The notes beneath the pieces were generated by a model. The model worked only from the letters and a program-made list of their open reading frames with translations, did no database searches and had not been told where the DNA came from. DNA of 64,000 nt, taken from assembly GCA_965221125.1 (NCBI GenBank), contig CBDCRW010000006.1, forward strand, positions 320,001 to 384,000. Direction: 5' to 3'. Shown piece by piece: positions 29,755 to 43,321 of this stretch; the first letter of the stretch is position 1, and every line of letters begins with the position of its first letter. This DNA is from Alphaproteobacteria bacterium (GTDB taxonomy: Bacteria > Pseudomonadota > Alphaproteobacteria > UBA828). The translations under genes and the position numbers were made by a program.

Positions 29755-31560
29755 TCAGTCTGGAATCTCGGCTTCGGCCCTGGCGAGGTCGTGATTGCGC
29801 CGGACGGCCTCGGTCAACTGCTCCAGCGTTTCCTCGCTCTCTTCATCGGCGAAGGCCCGCTCGGCCGCCGCCAGCTCCGCCGGCAGCTCCACCGCACGGC
29901 GCTGCATCCCCAGAAGGTGAGCCAGCTGGCTGCGGGCATCGTCGAGGCCGGCCGCCCGGTTGAGGTAGGCGGTGTTGCTGTCCAGGAGCTCGCCCACCAC
30001 GCCTTCGAGTCCTCGGTCGGCCAGGTGCGCGCGCAGGTTCGCCGCGTCCGGCTCCGGTCCCGCCTCTGCCCAGTCCACCATCGCGTCCTTTACCGTGCGG
30101 AAGCGCTGCGTCTCAAGGGGGAGGACGGCCAGGGTCTCGCGCTGCTCGATCAGCAGGTCGGGGAAGTCGAGCAGGGTCTGGAGCAGGGTGCGTTCGCGCG
30201 GCTGCGGATCGCCTTGCGGGCCGGGGCCGAGGGCTGCGCCGCGGCGTACCGGCGGCTCGGGCGCAAAGGCGGGTGGCGGGCCCCCCTGCTTCCGCCCCTG
30301 CCACGGCAGCCGCAGGCGGCGCCGAAAATCCTCCAGGTAGCGGTAGCGGAGGTCCTGGTCGGGGATCCGCTCGATCTGCTCCTGGAGCTGCCTGTTGATG
30401 CGCGCGCGGACCTCGGGCGTATCCAGCGCGCGGCCGCCCGCCGCCATCGCCCAGAGCTGGTCGGAGAGCGGGATGGCGGCAGCGACGATCTCGGCCATCG
30501 CTTTGGCGCCGCGATCCCGCACCATGGTGTCGGGGTCCTGGCCCGCCGGCAGCGTCGCGAAGCGGAGCGAGCGCTTGGCGCTCAGCTTGGGCAAGGCGCG
30601 CTCGACGGCGCGGCCTGCGGCGCGGGCGCCGGCCTCGTCGCCGTCGAAGCAGAGGACGGGGTCGTCGGCGAGCCGCCAGAGCCCGTCGAGCTGCTGCTCC
30701 GTGAGCGCGGTGCCGAGGGGCGCCACCGCCTGGGCGATTCCCGCCTGGTGCAGCGCGATCGCGTCCATGTAGCCCTCGACCGCGATCACCTGGCCGGCCT
30801 TGCGGGCGGCGGGCGCGGCGAGATGCTGGCCGTAGAGCAGGCTGCCCTTGGCGAAGAGCGGGGTCTCCGGCGAGTTCAGGTATTTGGGCTGGCCGTCGCC
30901 GAGCGCCCGGCCGCCGAAGGCGACGACGCGGCCGCGCCGGTCGCAGATGGGGAAGATCAGGCGCCCGCGGAAGCGATCGTAGGGCGGGCGCCCGTCATCC
31001 GGCGCGATGACGAGCCCGGCCTCCAGCAGCATTGCCTTCGTGACGCCGTCCTTCTCCAGCTTGGTGCGGAGCGCGGTGCGGCTGTCGGGCGCGAAACCCA
31101 GGCGGAAGGTGGCGCGGGTCGCCTCGTCCACGCCGCGGCCCTCGAGATAGCGCCGGGCCTGAGCGCCGCGCGGCCCCGCAAGCTCCGCCTCGAACCACGC
31201 GGCGGCGGCCTCCACCACCTCGAAGAGCGAGAGCCGCTGCTTCTCCCGCGCCTCCGCGCGGGGGTCGCGCGCCGGCAGCGCGAGGCCGGCATCGCCGGCC
31301 AGCCGCTCCACCGCTTCGGGGAACGAGAGGCCCTCGTCCCGCATGACGAAGCCGATCACGTCGCCGTGGGCGCCGCAGCCGAAGCAGTGGAAGAACCCCT
31401 TGTCCTCGTTCACCGTGAACGACGGGGTCTTCTCCTGGTGGAAGGGGCAGAGGCCGAGCAGCTCGCGCCCGCGGCGGGCGAGCCGCACGCGCTTGCCGAT
31501 CACGCCTTCCAGCGGCACGCGGGTGCGAATCTCGTCCAGAAATTGCGGTGGGAACGCCAT
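29755..31560 (-). CDS. dnaG: DNA primase
   Basis: CPFH-EKTPSF...CFGC zinc ribbon, DRFRGRLIFPI, PKYLNSPET, VEGYMD and CFDGDEAG. Confidence 0.97.
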   Translation of the reverse strand: MAFPPQFLDEIRTRVPLEGVIGKRVRLARRGRELLGLCPFHQEKTPSFTVNEDKGFFHCFGCGAHGDVIGFVMRDEGLSFPEAVERLAGDAGLALPARDPRAEAREKQRLSLFEVVEAAAAWFEAELAGPRGAQARRYLEGRGVDEATRATFRLGFAPDSRTALRTKLEKDGVTKAMLLEAGLVIAPDDGRPPYDRFRGRLIFPICDRRGRVVAFGGRALGDGQPKYLNSPETPLFAKGSLLYGQHLAAPAARKAGQVIAVEGYMDAIALHQAGIAQAVAPLGTALTEQQLDGLWRLADDPVLCFDGDEAGARAAGRAVERALPKLSAKRSLRFATLPAGQDPDTMVRDRGAKAMAEIVAAAIPLSDQLWAMAAGGRALDTPEVRARINRQLQEQIERIPDQDLRYRYLEDFRRRLRLPWQGRKQGGPPPAFAPEPPVRRGAALGPGPQGDPQPRERTLLQTLLDFPDLLIEQRETLAVLPLETQRFRTVKDAMVDWAEAGPEPDAANLRAHLADRGLEGVVGELLDSNTAYLNRAAGLDDARSQLAHLLGMQRRAVELPAELAAAERAFADEESEETLEQLTEAVRRNHDLARAEAEIPD

Positions 31561-31682
31561 CCCCTCACGCCTGGCTGCGCGGCCATCATGGCCCGGCCCT
31601 TGGCCGTTGCCTAGCCCTTGTGCCGCCGGCCGGGCGGCTCACCCCGCGGGGCGGCGGGTCTCTCCCAGCGGGCCGCGGTGGA

Positions 31683-32141
31683 TCAGCTCGGCGCGAGCAT
31701 CTCCTTGACCACGCCGCTCGCCTTGGCGAAGTCCATGCGGCCCGGATACTGCTGTTTCAGGCGCGCCATCGTGCGGCCCATGTCCTTGATCGTGCACGCA
31801 TCGAGGTCGTCCATGACGCCGCGCACGGCGGAGATCAGATCGTCGCCCTCGATCGCCGGCGGCAGAAAGCTCTCGATGACCGCGATCTCCTCGGCCTCGC
31901 GCTCCGCAAGGTCGATGCGGCCGCCGCGCTCGTACTGCTCGATGCTCTCCCGCCGCTGGCGGATCATCGTCTGCAGCAGGGCCAGGATCTGGCCGTCGGC
32001 CAGCTCGCCGTTGCCCTTGCCGCGCTCGGCAATGTCGCGGTCCTTGAGCGCGGCAAGGATAAGCCTGATCGTCGCCACCCGACACGCATCGCGCGCCTTC
32101 ATCGCGCGCTTAAGCGCGTCTTCCAGCTGCACTCGCAGCAT
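31683..32141 (-). CDS. GatB/YqeY domain protein
   Basis: LKRAMKARD, RRESIEQYERGGR.DLAERE and IKDMGR..GRMDF. Confidence 0.92.
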   Translation of the reverse strand: MLRVQLEDALKRAMKARDACRVATIRLILAALKDRDIAERGKGNGELADGQILALLQTMIRQRRESIEQYERGGRIDLAEREAEEIAVIESFLPPAIEGDDLISAVRGVMDDLDACTIKDMGRTMARLKQQYPGRMDFAKASGVVKEMLAPS

Positions 32142-32299
32142 GGGCAGTCCCCCGTCACTTGGAATGGCATGGACTATAGGGGCCCCGAATCGGCGATCAA
32201 CAACGATTCGTCCTTGACAAGATTCTCGTTGCCTGACGGGGCCTTCCGGTAACCGAAACTATGCCCCGCCGCGGCGGGGCCGGAGATCGGGGGTCGATG

Positions 32300-32328
32300 C
32301 TTGACCCCGGCATGGCCCCGACTACACT
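32300..32328 (+). promoter_or_regulatory. Candidate sigma70 promoter for carAB
   Basis: cTTGACC-N16-TACACT about 60 bp upstream of the carA start, followed by a leader hairpin (cggacagg...cctgtccg, 32345-32377). Confidence 0.4.
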
Positions 32329-32389
32329 GCGGCCACCTCTGATTCGGACAGGGCGGCGGGGATTCGCGGCCTGTCCGCAGGAAGCTCCG

Positions 32390-33541
32390 ATGTCCGGGAC
32401 AGGCTCTCCTACCGCCACTGCGGCGCTCGCGCTCGCCGACGGGACCGTCTTTCGCGGCCGCGGCCTTGGCGCCGTGGGCGAGGCCGTCGGCGAGATCTGC
32501 TTCAACACCGCGATGAGCGGCTACCAGGAGATCCTGACCGATCCCTCCTACGCCGGGCAGATCATCACCTTCACCTTTCCCCATATCGGCAACGTGGGGA
32601 CCAACGACGACGATCTGGAGGCAGGCACCCCGGCGGCGCTCGGGCTCGTGCTGCGCGCCGACGTCACCGAGCCCTCCAACTGGCGCGCGGTGCAGCACCT
32701 GGAGCGCTGGCTGGAGAGGCGCGGCCTCGTCGGCATCGCCGGCATCGACACGCGGCGGCTGACCCGCCTGCTGCGCACCGCCGGCGCGCAGGACGGCGCG
32801 CTCGTGCACGCGCCTGAGCCCGAGGCGATCGACGAGGCCGAGCTCGTCGCCAAGGCCCGCGCCTGGCCGGGGCTCGAAGGCATGGATCTGGCGAAGGACG
32901 TCTGCTGCCGCCAGGCCTACGAATGGACCGAGACCGCGTGGGATTTCGAGCGGGGCGGCTACGGCAGCCTGGACGCGCCGCGCCGCCACGTCGTCGCGGT
33001 CGACTACGGCGCCAAGCGGAACATCCTGCGCTCGCTGGCAGAGGCCGGCTGCCGGGTGACCGTGGTGCCCGCCACGGCGGACGCGGACTCGATCCTCGCC
33101 CGCGAGCCGGACGGCATCTTCCTCTCCAACGGGCCGGGTGACCCGGCGGCGACCGGCGACTACGCCGTGCCGATGATCCGCGCGCTGATGGCGAGCGGGC
33201 TGCCGCTCTTCGGCATCTGCCTCGGCCACCAGCTGCTTGCGCTGGCGCTCGGCGCGGAGACGCGGAAGATGCCCTTCGGCCACAGGGGCGCCAACCACCC
33301 GGTCAAGGAACTCGCGAGCGGGCGGGTCGAGATCACGAGCCAGAACCACGGCTTCGAGGTGACGGCGGAGTCGCTCCCTGCCGGCGTCACCGCCACGCAC
33401 GTCTCCCTCTTCGACGGCTCGCTGGAGGGGCTCGCGGTCGACGACCGGCCGATCTTCTCGGTCCAGTACCACCCCGAAGCGTCGCCCGGCCCGCAGGATG
33501 CGCAGCATCTCTTCGCCCGCTTCTGCGCGCTGATGGACTGA
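32390..33541 (+). CDS. carA: Carbamoyl-phosphate synthase small subunit
   Basis: [37 protein letters not shown] and [11 protein letters not shown]. Confidence 0.98.
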   Translation: MSGTGSPTATAALALADGTVFRGRGLGAVGEAVGEICFNTAMSGYQEILTDPSYAGQIITFTFPHIGNVGTNDDDLEAGTPAALGLVLRADVTEPSNWRAVQHLERWLERRGLVGIAGIDTRRLTRLLRTAGAQDGALVHAPEPEAIDEAELVAKARAWPGLEGMDLAKDVCCRQAYEWTETAWDFERGGYGSLDAPRRHVVAVDYGAKRNILRSLAEAGCRVTVVPATADADSILAREPDGIFLSNGPGDPAATGDYAVPMIRALMASGLPLFGICLGHQLLALALGAETRKMPFGHRGANHPVKELASGRVEITSQNHGFEVTAESLPAGVTATHVSLFDGSLEGLAVDDRPIFSVQYHPEASPGPQDAQHLFARFCALMD

Positions 33542-33548
33542 CGGGCGC

Positions 33549-36824
<3,276 letters not shown>

Positions 36825-36889
36825 GTGGAGATCATCGACAGGCTCGGGAGGGGACGCGCCCCCGGATGCGGGTGCGCGGCGATGCGGCG

Positions 36890-37360
36890 GTGGACAAGCA
36901 CTTGATGACGCCCGAGGGGCACAAGCGCCTCAAGGAAGAGCTGAGCCGCCTCAAGGCCGAGCGGCCCCGCATCGTGCGCGAGATCGCGGCCGCCCGCGAG
37001 CACGGCGACCTCTCGGAGAACGCCGAGTACCACGCCGCGAAGGACCGCCAGGGCCTCACCGAGGCGCGCATCCTGGAGCTGGAGGCCAAGATCGGCGGCG
37101 CCGAGGTGATCGACACCAGCACGCTCTCCGGCGACCGGGTGCAGTTCGGCGCCACGGTCTCGATCGTCGACGAAGACACCGAGGCCGAGAGCACCTACCT
37201 GATCGTCGGCGCCGACGAGGCGGATGCGAGCGAAGGCCGGCTCTCCATCACCTCGCCGCTGGCGCGCGCGCTGGTGGGCCGGGCCATCGGCGACTCGGTG
37301 GAGCTGGAGACGCCGGGCGGGCGCCACACCTACGAGATCACCGCCGTCCAGTACGGCTGA
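36890..37360 (+). CDS. greA: Transcription elongation factor GreA
   Basis: MTPEG, AREHGDLSENAEYHAAK and SPLARALVG. Confidence 0.96.
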   Translation: MDKHLMTPEGHKRLKEELSRLKAERPRIVREIAAAREHGDLSENAEYHAAKDRQGLTEARILELEAKIGGAEVIDTSTLSGDRVQFGATVSIVDEDTEAESTYLIVGADEADASEGRLSITSPLARALVGRAIGDSVELETPGGRHTYEITAVQYG

Positions 37361-37610
37361 GTCTTCGGTCCGACCTGCGCCACATGGCCGGGGCGGCTGC
37401 TCCGGCCAGCTTCTCGCGTGCCCTGCTCCCAGCCGAACGCGAGCGCATCGTCCGGGACGACGACATCAAGCCCGCATTTCTCACCAAGGTCATGGTCTGC
37501 GCCGCACTGCCCGGCTATAGCGACACCAAGTCCAGGTGAATCCGATCCTGTCCACGCTAGGCACCCCCTGTTGTCAGTAACCCAAATCCGGCCGCACGAC
37601 GTTTTGGAGC

Positions 37611-39063
37611 GGTTGTGTCCCCAGACGTGGTGTAGGAGCTCCCGCTACCCCCGGTAGCTGTGGGTAACCGGCTTGGCGCCGCGACCGCCCTCGAGTCTGG
37701 TGGCGCCAAGCCGGTTATCCACAGCGGGGTGGCCATCGCGGTTCCGGTTTAGGGTTTGGGTGAATCCGAATCGACCCGAGCCTAAGGAGAACCACGATGA
37801 CCGATGACAAGCTTACCCTGCGGACGCTGTTGGAGAAGAGCTCTGACGCCGATCTGCTGCGTGAGATGATCGCCTTCTCTGCGCAGCGCCTTATGGAGCT
37901 GGAAGTCGAGGGCCTGACCGGCGCCGAGCATGGCGCGCGGACGCCGGAGCGGATCAACCAGCGCAACGGCTACCGCGATCGGCCTTGGGAGACCCGGGCC
38001 GGCACGGTCGACCTGAAGATTCCGAAGCTCAGGAAGGGGAGCTACTTCCCCGGCTTCCTGGAGCCCCGACGGACGGCGGAGAAGGCGCTCACGGCGGTGA
38101 TCCAGGAGGCCTACATCCAGGGGGTATCGACCCGCTCGGTCGACGAACTGGTTCAGGCCATGGGCATGAGCGGGATATCGAAGAGCCAGGTCTCGCGCCT
38201 TTGCGGGGAGATAGACGACAAGATCCGCAGCTTCCTCGACCGCCCGCTCGAAGGCGACTGGCCCTATCTCTGGCTGGATGCGACTTACGTGAAGGTGCGC
38301 GAGGCCGGGCGCATCGTCCCGGTCGCGGTCACCGTGGCCGTCGCGGTCAACGACCAGGGCCGGCGCGAGATCCTCGGCATGGCGATCGGCGCCTCCGAGG
38401 CCGAGACCTTCTGGACCGAGTTCCTGCGCTCGCTGACCAGGCGCGGCCTGCGCGGCGTGCAGCTGGTGATCTCCGACGACCACAAGGGCCTGAAGGCCGC
38501 CACCACCCGGATCCTCGGCGCCACCTGGCAGAGATGCCGCGTCCACTTCATGCGCAACCTGCTGGCCCATGCCGGCAAGCAGGGCCGGCGCGTCGTCTCC
38601 GCCTTCGTCGCCACCGCCTTCGCCCAGGACGATGCCGAGGCCGCTGCCGCCCAGTGGCGCCTGATCGCCGACCAGCTCAGGCCCAAGGCCTCCAAGCTGG
38701 CGGCCCTCATGGACGAGGCCCAGCACGACGTCCTCGCCTACATGAGCTTCCCCAAGGAGCACCGGGTCAAGCTTCACTCGACCAACCCGCTCGAACGCGT
38801 CAACGGCGAGATCAAGCGACGCACCAACGTCGTCGGCATCTTCCCCAACGAGGACGCCATCACCCGCCTCGTCGGCGCCGTGCTGCTCGAGCAGAACGAC
38901 GAATGGACCGTCGGAAGGAGGTACATGACGCTGGAATCGATCGCTCCCCTGAGCGACAATCCCACGATCAAGCTGTCCGCTGTGGCAGCCTGAATAACCC
39001 GGCCCTACCCGCCGGATGCCGCGTAAAGCGCGACGCTCTTACACCACTCCTCGGGACACGATC
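37611..39063 (+). mobile_element. IS256-family insertion sequence (1453 bp) with 8-bp target-site duplication
   Basis: IRL ggttgtgtccccagacgtggtgtaggagc versus reverse-complemented IRR gatcgtgtcccgaggagtggtgtaagagc (23/29 match). Direct repeat TTTGGAGC at 37603-37610 and 39064-39071. Confidence 0.95.
37797..38993 (+). CDS. IS256-family DDE transposase
   Basis: [43 protein letters not shown] and [15 protein letters not shown]; the ORF is intact. Confidence 0.96.
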   Translation: MTDDKLTLRTLLEKSSDADLLREMIAFSAQRLMELEVEGLTGAEHGARTPERINQRNGYRDRPWETRAGTVDLKIPKLRKGSYFPGFLEPRRTAEKALTAVIQEAYIQGVSTRSVDELVQAMGMSGISKSQVSRLCGEIDDKIRSFLDRPLEGDWPYLWLDATYVKVREAGRIVPVAVTVAVAVNDQGRREILGMAIGASEAETFWTEFLRSLTRRGLRGVQLVISDDHKGLKAATTRILGATWQRCRVHFMRNLLAHAGKQGRRVVSAFVATAFAQDDAEAAAAQWRLIADQLRPKASKLAALMDEAQHDVLAYMSFPKEHRVKLHSTNPLERVNGEIKRRTNVVGIFPNEDAITRLVGAVLLEQNDEWTVGRRYMTLESIAPLSDNPTIKLSAVAA

Positions 39064-40063
39064 TTTGGAGCGGCTCGCCCCGGATATGGCGCCGGAGATT
39101 GTTGAAGAGGATGTCCAGCGTAATCGGCACATAGTTGTCGCCGTCGTCGGCGGAAACATGTGGCGTCACGACAAGATTGGGCACATGCCAAAGCGGCGAT
39201 TCAGGCGGAAGGGGCTCGGGATCGAAGACATCGATGATGGCGCCCGAAAGATGGCCCGCCCGCAAGAGGTCAGAGAGTGCCTCATAGTTCATGGCGGACG
39301 AACGGCCGACGTTGACGATACCGGCGCCCGGCTTCATCCGTTCAAGCCGCCTGCGGTCGAACAGCCCCACCGTTTGCGGTGTGGACGGCAGCGAGACGAA
39401 GACGTAATCGGCGCGTGGCAGGATGTCGTCGATCCGGTCCGTCGTGACCATTTCATCGACTTGCGGATGCGGTCTGCCGCTGCGATTCACGCCCAGCACT
39501 TCGAGCCCGAGGCGCTTGAGCTGCGTTGCGGCGCCGCCGCCCAGACTGCCGACGCCGACGACAAGGACCGTCTTGCCGGCGATCGGCGTCGAAAAGAGCG
39601 ACCGCCACTTGCCATTCCGCTGATTGGTGACAATGGCCGGCATATGGCTGTGCAGCATCAGGATGCTCATCAGGCCGAATTCGCCCGCCTTGGCCGCATG
39701 GGCGCCCTTGTTCGCGACGACCTGTACGCCCTCGGGGACCCAGTCCATCGGGCACAGGTGCTCGACACCGGCGCCGATGATGTGAATCCACTTGAGGTTC
39801 GGCGCAATCGTGGCCAGGTCTCGCGTCGGCAAATCCCAGCAGAACAACACATCGGTGTCGCGCATCGACCGCGTGAAATTGTCGCAATCCCAATCGATGA
39901 AGACATCCACATGCCGAGCGACATCGGGATGCCGGCCGGCTGCTTCGGCCCAGTGCTCCGGCGTCGTCGTGAACACGGCTTCGGACTCCGGTGTGGAGGG
40001 AAATGTCTCCGGCGAAGCGTGGTTGTTCTTGACGTGCACCTTTATCTTGCGCGGCGGATCCAT
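39005..40063 (-). CDS. D-2-hydroxyacid dehydrogenase family protein; native C-terminus replaced by IS256-encoded residues
   Basis: GAGVEH, VVGVGSLGG, VNVGRS, DVFDPEPLP and VTPHVS. The last 19 aa are read from the IS right end. Confidence 0.85.
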   Translation of the reverse strand: MDPPRKIKVHVKNNHASPETFPSTPESEAVFTTTPEHWAEAAGRHPDVARHVDVFIDWDCDNFTRSMRDTDVLFCWDLPTRDLATIAPNLKWIHIIGAGVEHLCPMDWVPEGVQVVANKGAHAAKAGEFGLMSILMLHSHMPAIVTNQRNGKWRSLFSTPIAGKTVLVVGVGSLGGGAATQLKRLGLEVLGVNRSGRPHPQVDEMVTTDRIDDILPRADYVFVSLPSTPQTVGLFDRRRLERMKPGAGIVNVGRSSAMNYEALSDLLRAGHLSGAIIDVFDPEPLPPESPLWHVPNLVVTPHVSADDGDNYVPITLDILFNNLRRHIRGEPLQRSCPEEWCKSVALYAASGG

Positions 40064-40103
40064 ATGCGGGCCCTTGGTGCGATTCGAAAGAGACTGGCCG
40101 GGG

Positions 40104-41168
40104 TCATGTCGGTGCGTTACCTCGGATTCCGTTCAGGAGATTGGAGACGGTGACGATTCCGACCGGGTTGTTGTCGCCGTTGACGACGAGGACCGGCTCA
40201 AGGCTCACCGTCTTCATCTGGACCAGGCTGTCGAGATCCGTATCGTCCGGAACGCAGCGATAGTGCGCCACCGCCGCACCCGGATTTTCGTGTTCGTATT
40301 GTTCGACCGGCTGCATGACCGAGTGCGCGCGAACCAGTTTCAGCTTGGAAATGCCCCTGACGAACTCGGCGACGTAGGCGTCCTTCGGTTCGGTCACGAT
40401 TTCCTCCGGCGTGCCGACCTGCACGAAGCGCCCCTCGTTCATGATGGCAATCCGGTCGCCCAGGCGGATCGCCTCTTCGAGGTCGTGCGTTATGAATACC
40501 GACGTCTTGTTGAGTGTCTTCCACAGATGCAGGAACTCATCCTGCAACTGCCGCCGGATCAGCGGATCCAGGGCACTGAAGGGTTCGTCCATCAACAGCA
40601 GTTCCGGATCCGTCGCCAACGCCCTGGCCAAGCCGATGCGCTGCTGCATCCCGCCCGACAGTTCGTCCGGATAATGTCTTGCCCAGGCCCCCAGCTGCAC
40701 CAGTTCGAGCATCTCCTGCGACCGTTGCCGCCGTTGCTGTTTCGGGACATTCAGCACTTCCAGACCGAACGAGACGTTGTCCGCGACGCACCAGTGGGGG
40801 AACAGCGCCATTTTCTGAAACACCATGCCGATCTTTTCGGAGCGCAGGCGCAGCAGCTCCTTGTGGCTCAAGCCGTTGATGTCGACACCGCCGACCAGCA
40901 GCTCTCCGGCGGTAGGTTCGATCAGGCGGTTGATGTGCCTGATGAGGGTGGACTTGCCGCTGCCGGAAAGGCCCATGACACAGAATATCTCGCCGTGCAT
41001 CACCGCGAAATTCACACCGGCAACCGCGACGATTGCGCCGAATTCGTCGAGCACCTGCTCCTTGCTCAGGGTGTGCGATCGCATCGCCTCGAGCGCTTGC
41101 TCCACATTGTGTCCAAATATCTTCCAGACGTCTCTTCCAGCGACCGCGGGTTCCTCTCGTTCGCTCAT
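40104..41168 (-). CDS. proV: Glycine betaine/proline ABC ATP-binding protein (ProV-like)
   Basis: MGLSGSGKSTL, YPDELSGGMQQR, LMDEPFSALDPLIR and C-terminal CBS-like region. Confidence 0.9.
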   Translation of the reverse strand: MSEREEPAVAGRDVWKIFGHNVEQALEAMRSHTLSKEQVLDEFGAIVAVAGVNFAVMHGEIFCVMGLSGSGKSTLIRHINRLIEPTAGELLVGGVDINGLSHKELLRLRSEKIGMVFQKMALFPHWCVADNVSFGLEVLNVPKQQRRQRSQEMLELVQLGAWARHYPDELSGGMQQRIGLARALATDPELLLMDEPFSALDPLIRRQLQDEFLHLWKTLNKTSVFITHDLEEAIRLGDRIAIMNEGRFVQVGTPEEIVTEPKDAYVAEFVRGISKLKLVRAHSVMQPVEQYEHENPGAAVAHYRCVPDDTDLDSLVQMKTVSLEPVLVVNGDNNPVGIVTVSNLLNGIRGNAPT

Positions 41169-41276
41169 TTCGAGCTCCCGCTATCGTCGCGGCGAAGGAT
41201 GGGCGCGCGTCCGGATCGCGGAAAATCCGGACAGTGCGCGCCCTCCTCTGCTCTGCGGAACAATCCGCGCCTGCGG

Positions 41277-42287
41277 TTACTGGCCGGCGCTGCGCGCGTC
41301 GGCCAACCAGCCGTCAAACAATTCCTGGTTTTGCGCTATCCACTCTTCCGCGTGGCGGCGGACATCCTCGAACGAGTCCTCGCCCTGCCGAATCTGGTAG
41401 TTCTCATCGTTGACGTCGCCGATCGGGATGCTGACCAATTCGAACCAGCGCGCCGCGTCCGGGTGTTCGTTCAGGAAGTCGTTGTTGGCGATGATCCTGA
41501 TCGTGTTCACGGAAAAGCCGATATTGCGCCCATCCGGCAGCATGGTGTCTTCCTCGGCATCGTCGGGAAGCGCAGTGAAGGGGACCTCCAGCCATTCCAC
41601 CTGGTCTCCGGGCCGCAACACCTGAGAGACCCAAAGCGGGGTGTAGGTGTAGTAGAGCACCGCCTCGCCCGCACCGTGACGGGCGACCACATCGGCGGCC
41701 ATCACCATGAACTGCCCCTGGTTGTGCGTCACCGTATCGCGCAGGCCGTAGGCATCGAGGTGGTGTTCGATGACCCTCTCGCAGCCCCAGCCGGGCGGAC
41801 AACCGGCAAGGTCGGCCTTGCCGTCCTCATCGGTATCGAAGATCTTGGCGATCTCCGGGTCCTTGAGCTGCTCGACATTCGTGATGCCGTGCGCCTTGGC
41901 GGTCGCGGAATCGATCAGATATCCCTGTCCGGCGCCCTCGACCAGCGCGCCGAGCTTGGTCATGGCACTCGTTCCGCCGGCCTTGTCGAAATAGACATTC
42001 TGAAGAGGCTGCCAGTGAACGGCGACGAAGTCGGCCTCTCCCTGGCCGACTGCGACGTGCATGGCCGGAATGTCGAGGTGCTTGACCGTTTCCACGTCGA
42101 AGCCCAGGCGTTCGAGGCCGATGTTGACCACTTCCGTCTGGAACAGTCCTTCCAGCAGGCCGTCATAGGCCGGGCGGACCGTGCCCTTGTCGCCGGCAAT
42201 CGCGGCTGACGATGCGCCCAGGCCGATCAGCGCGAGCGCGAGGGCCGTCGACCGTCCGGTCCGGTTAAGTCGTTCCCATGTAGACAT
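41277..42287 (-). CDS. proX: Glycine betaine/proline ABC substrate-binding protein (ProX-like)
   Basis: FQTEVVNIGLERLG, HWQPL, QGYLID, DGKADLAGCPPGWGCE and YYTYTPLW. Confidence 0.88.
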   Translation of the reverse strand: MSTWERLNRTGRSTALALALIGLGASSAAIAGDKGTVRPAYDGLLEGLFQTEVVNIGLERLGFDVETVKHLDIPAMHVAVGQGEADFVAVHWQPLQNVYFDKAGGTSAMTKLGALVEGAGQGYLIDSATAKAHGITNVEQLKDPEIAKIFDTDEDGKADLAGCPPGWGCERVIEHHLDAYGLRDTVTHNQGQFMVMAADVVARHGAGEAVLYYTYTPLWVSQVLRPGDQVEWLEVPFTALPDDAEEDTMLPDGRNIGFSVNTIRIIANNDFLNEHPDAARWFELVSIPIGDVNDENYQIRQGEDSFEDVRRHAEEWIAQNQELFDGWLADARSAGQ

Positions 42288-42340
42288 GTTCGTGTTTCCT
42301 TTCCTATGGTTTTGGGTTGGATTATCGGGCTCGATCGCCC

Positions 42341-43270
42341 TTATGAGGCACGCGCGGTTTGAGCCCCTCCGCGTCGGGTCAGGCGCAGACAAACGCCGAC
42401 CGGGCCCCGTTCCCTCCAGCTGGTTCTGTCACGACTGGAGGACGCGGCGGCCTGAGTTATTCGGTCTATGATCATGGCGAGGACGACGATCGCGATGCCG
42501 CCCACGGCAGCCAGTCCCATGTCGAGACGGCCGATGCCGCGCAGCACCATTTGCCCCAGGCCCTCGACGGCAATCATCGAGGCGTAAACGACCATGGAAA
42601 GCACCATCATGAGCGTCTGGTTGACGCCCGCCATGATGGTTCGTCCGGCCAGCGGAATCTGGACACGAAACAGCACCCGCGTTTCCGAGGCGCCGAATGC
42701 CCTCGCTGCTTCGAGCACGTCGGGCGGGACTTCCCGCAATCCCAGGTTTGTCAGCCTGATGACGGGCGGCAACGCAAAGATCACGGTAACGATAATCCCG
42801 GGCACGTTGCCGATGCCGACAAGCATCACGACCGGCACCATGTAGACGAAGCCCGGCATCGTCTGCATCACGTCGAGAACCGGCCGCAACGCTGCCTCCA
42901 CCCGGTCGTTCCGCGCGGCCCAGATGCCGAGCGGGACTCCGATAACAACGCAGAAAAGCACCGAGGTGAGAACCAGGGCTATGGTGGTCATGGCCTCGTC
43001 CCACACCCCGATAAATCCCAGGAAGGTCATCGCCACCGCGGCGAAAATACCGATCCGCAGCCCGGCAATCTGCCAGCACAATAGAAAGAGAAGCGGTAGA
43101 AAGAGCAGCGGTGGGACCGCCAACAAAGCTGTTTCTATCCCGTCCAGAATTGCACCGACGGGCCCACGAATTGCATAGAATATCGAGCGGTATTCCTGTA
43201 CCAGGTAATCCAGTGCCGTCTGTATCCAACCGTCCAGCGGAATGTGGTAGCGGTCAAATATGTCGGGCAT
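42341..43270 (-). CDS. proW: Glycine betaine/proline ABC permease (ProW-like)
   Basis: RPVLDVMQTMPGFVY, RLTNLG, EAARAFGA and IMAGVNQT. Confidence 0.9.
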   Translation of the reverse strand: MPDIFDRYHIPLDGWIQTALDYLVQEYRSIFYAIRGPVGAILDGIETALLAVPPLLFLPLLFLLCWQIAGLRIGIFAAVAMTFLGFIGVWDEAMTTIALVLTSVLFCVVIGVPLGIWAARNDRVEAALRPVLDVMQTMPGFVYMVPVVMLVGIGNVPGIIVTVIFALPPVIRLTNLGLREVPPDVLEAARAFGASETRVLFRVQIPLAGRTIMAGVNQTLMMVLSMVVYASMIAVEGLGQMVLRGIGRLDMGLAAVGGIAIVVLAMIIDRITQAAASSSRDRTSWRERGPVGVCLRLTRRGGAQTARAS

Positions 43271-43321
43271 CGTGCCCTCCCATTCGCCTGGCGCCGGCAC
43301 GCACGATCACGGCAATCGGGC

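Noticed and set aside
37361-37573. Possible gene remnant after greA (…ERERIVRDDDIKPAFLTKVMVC…)
   Set aside because: No recognisable family or start signal; cannot be supported without a homology search.
37657-37725. Replication origin suggested by DnaA boxes
   Set aside because: Only two boxes, both inside an IS; no AT-rich unwinding element and no dnaA/parAB/hemE context.
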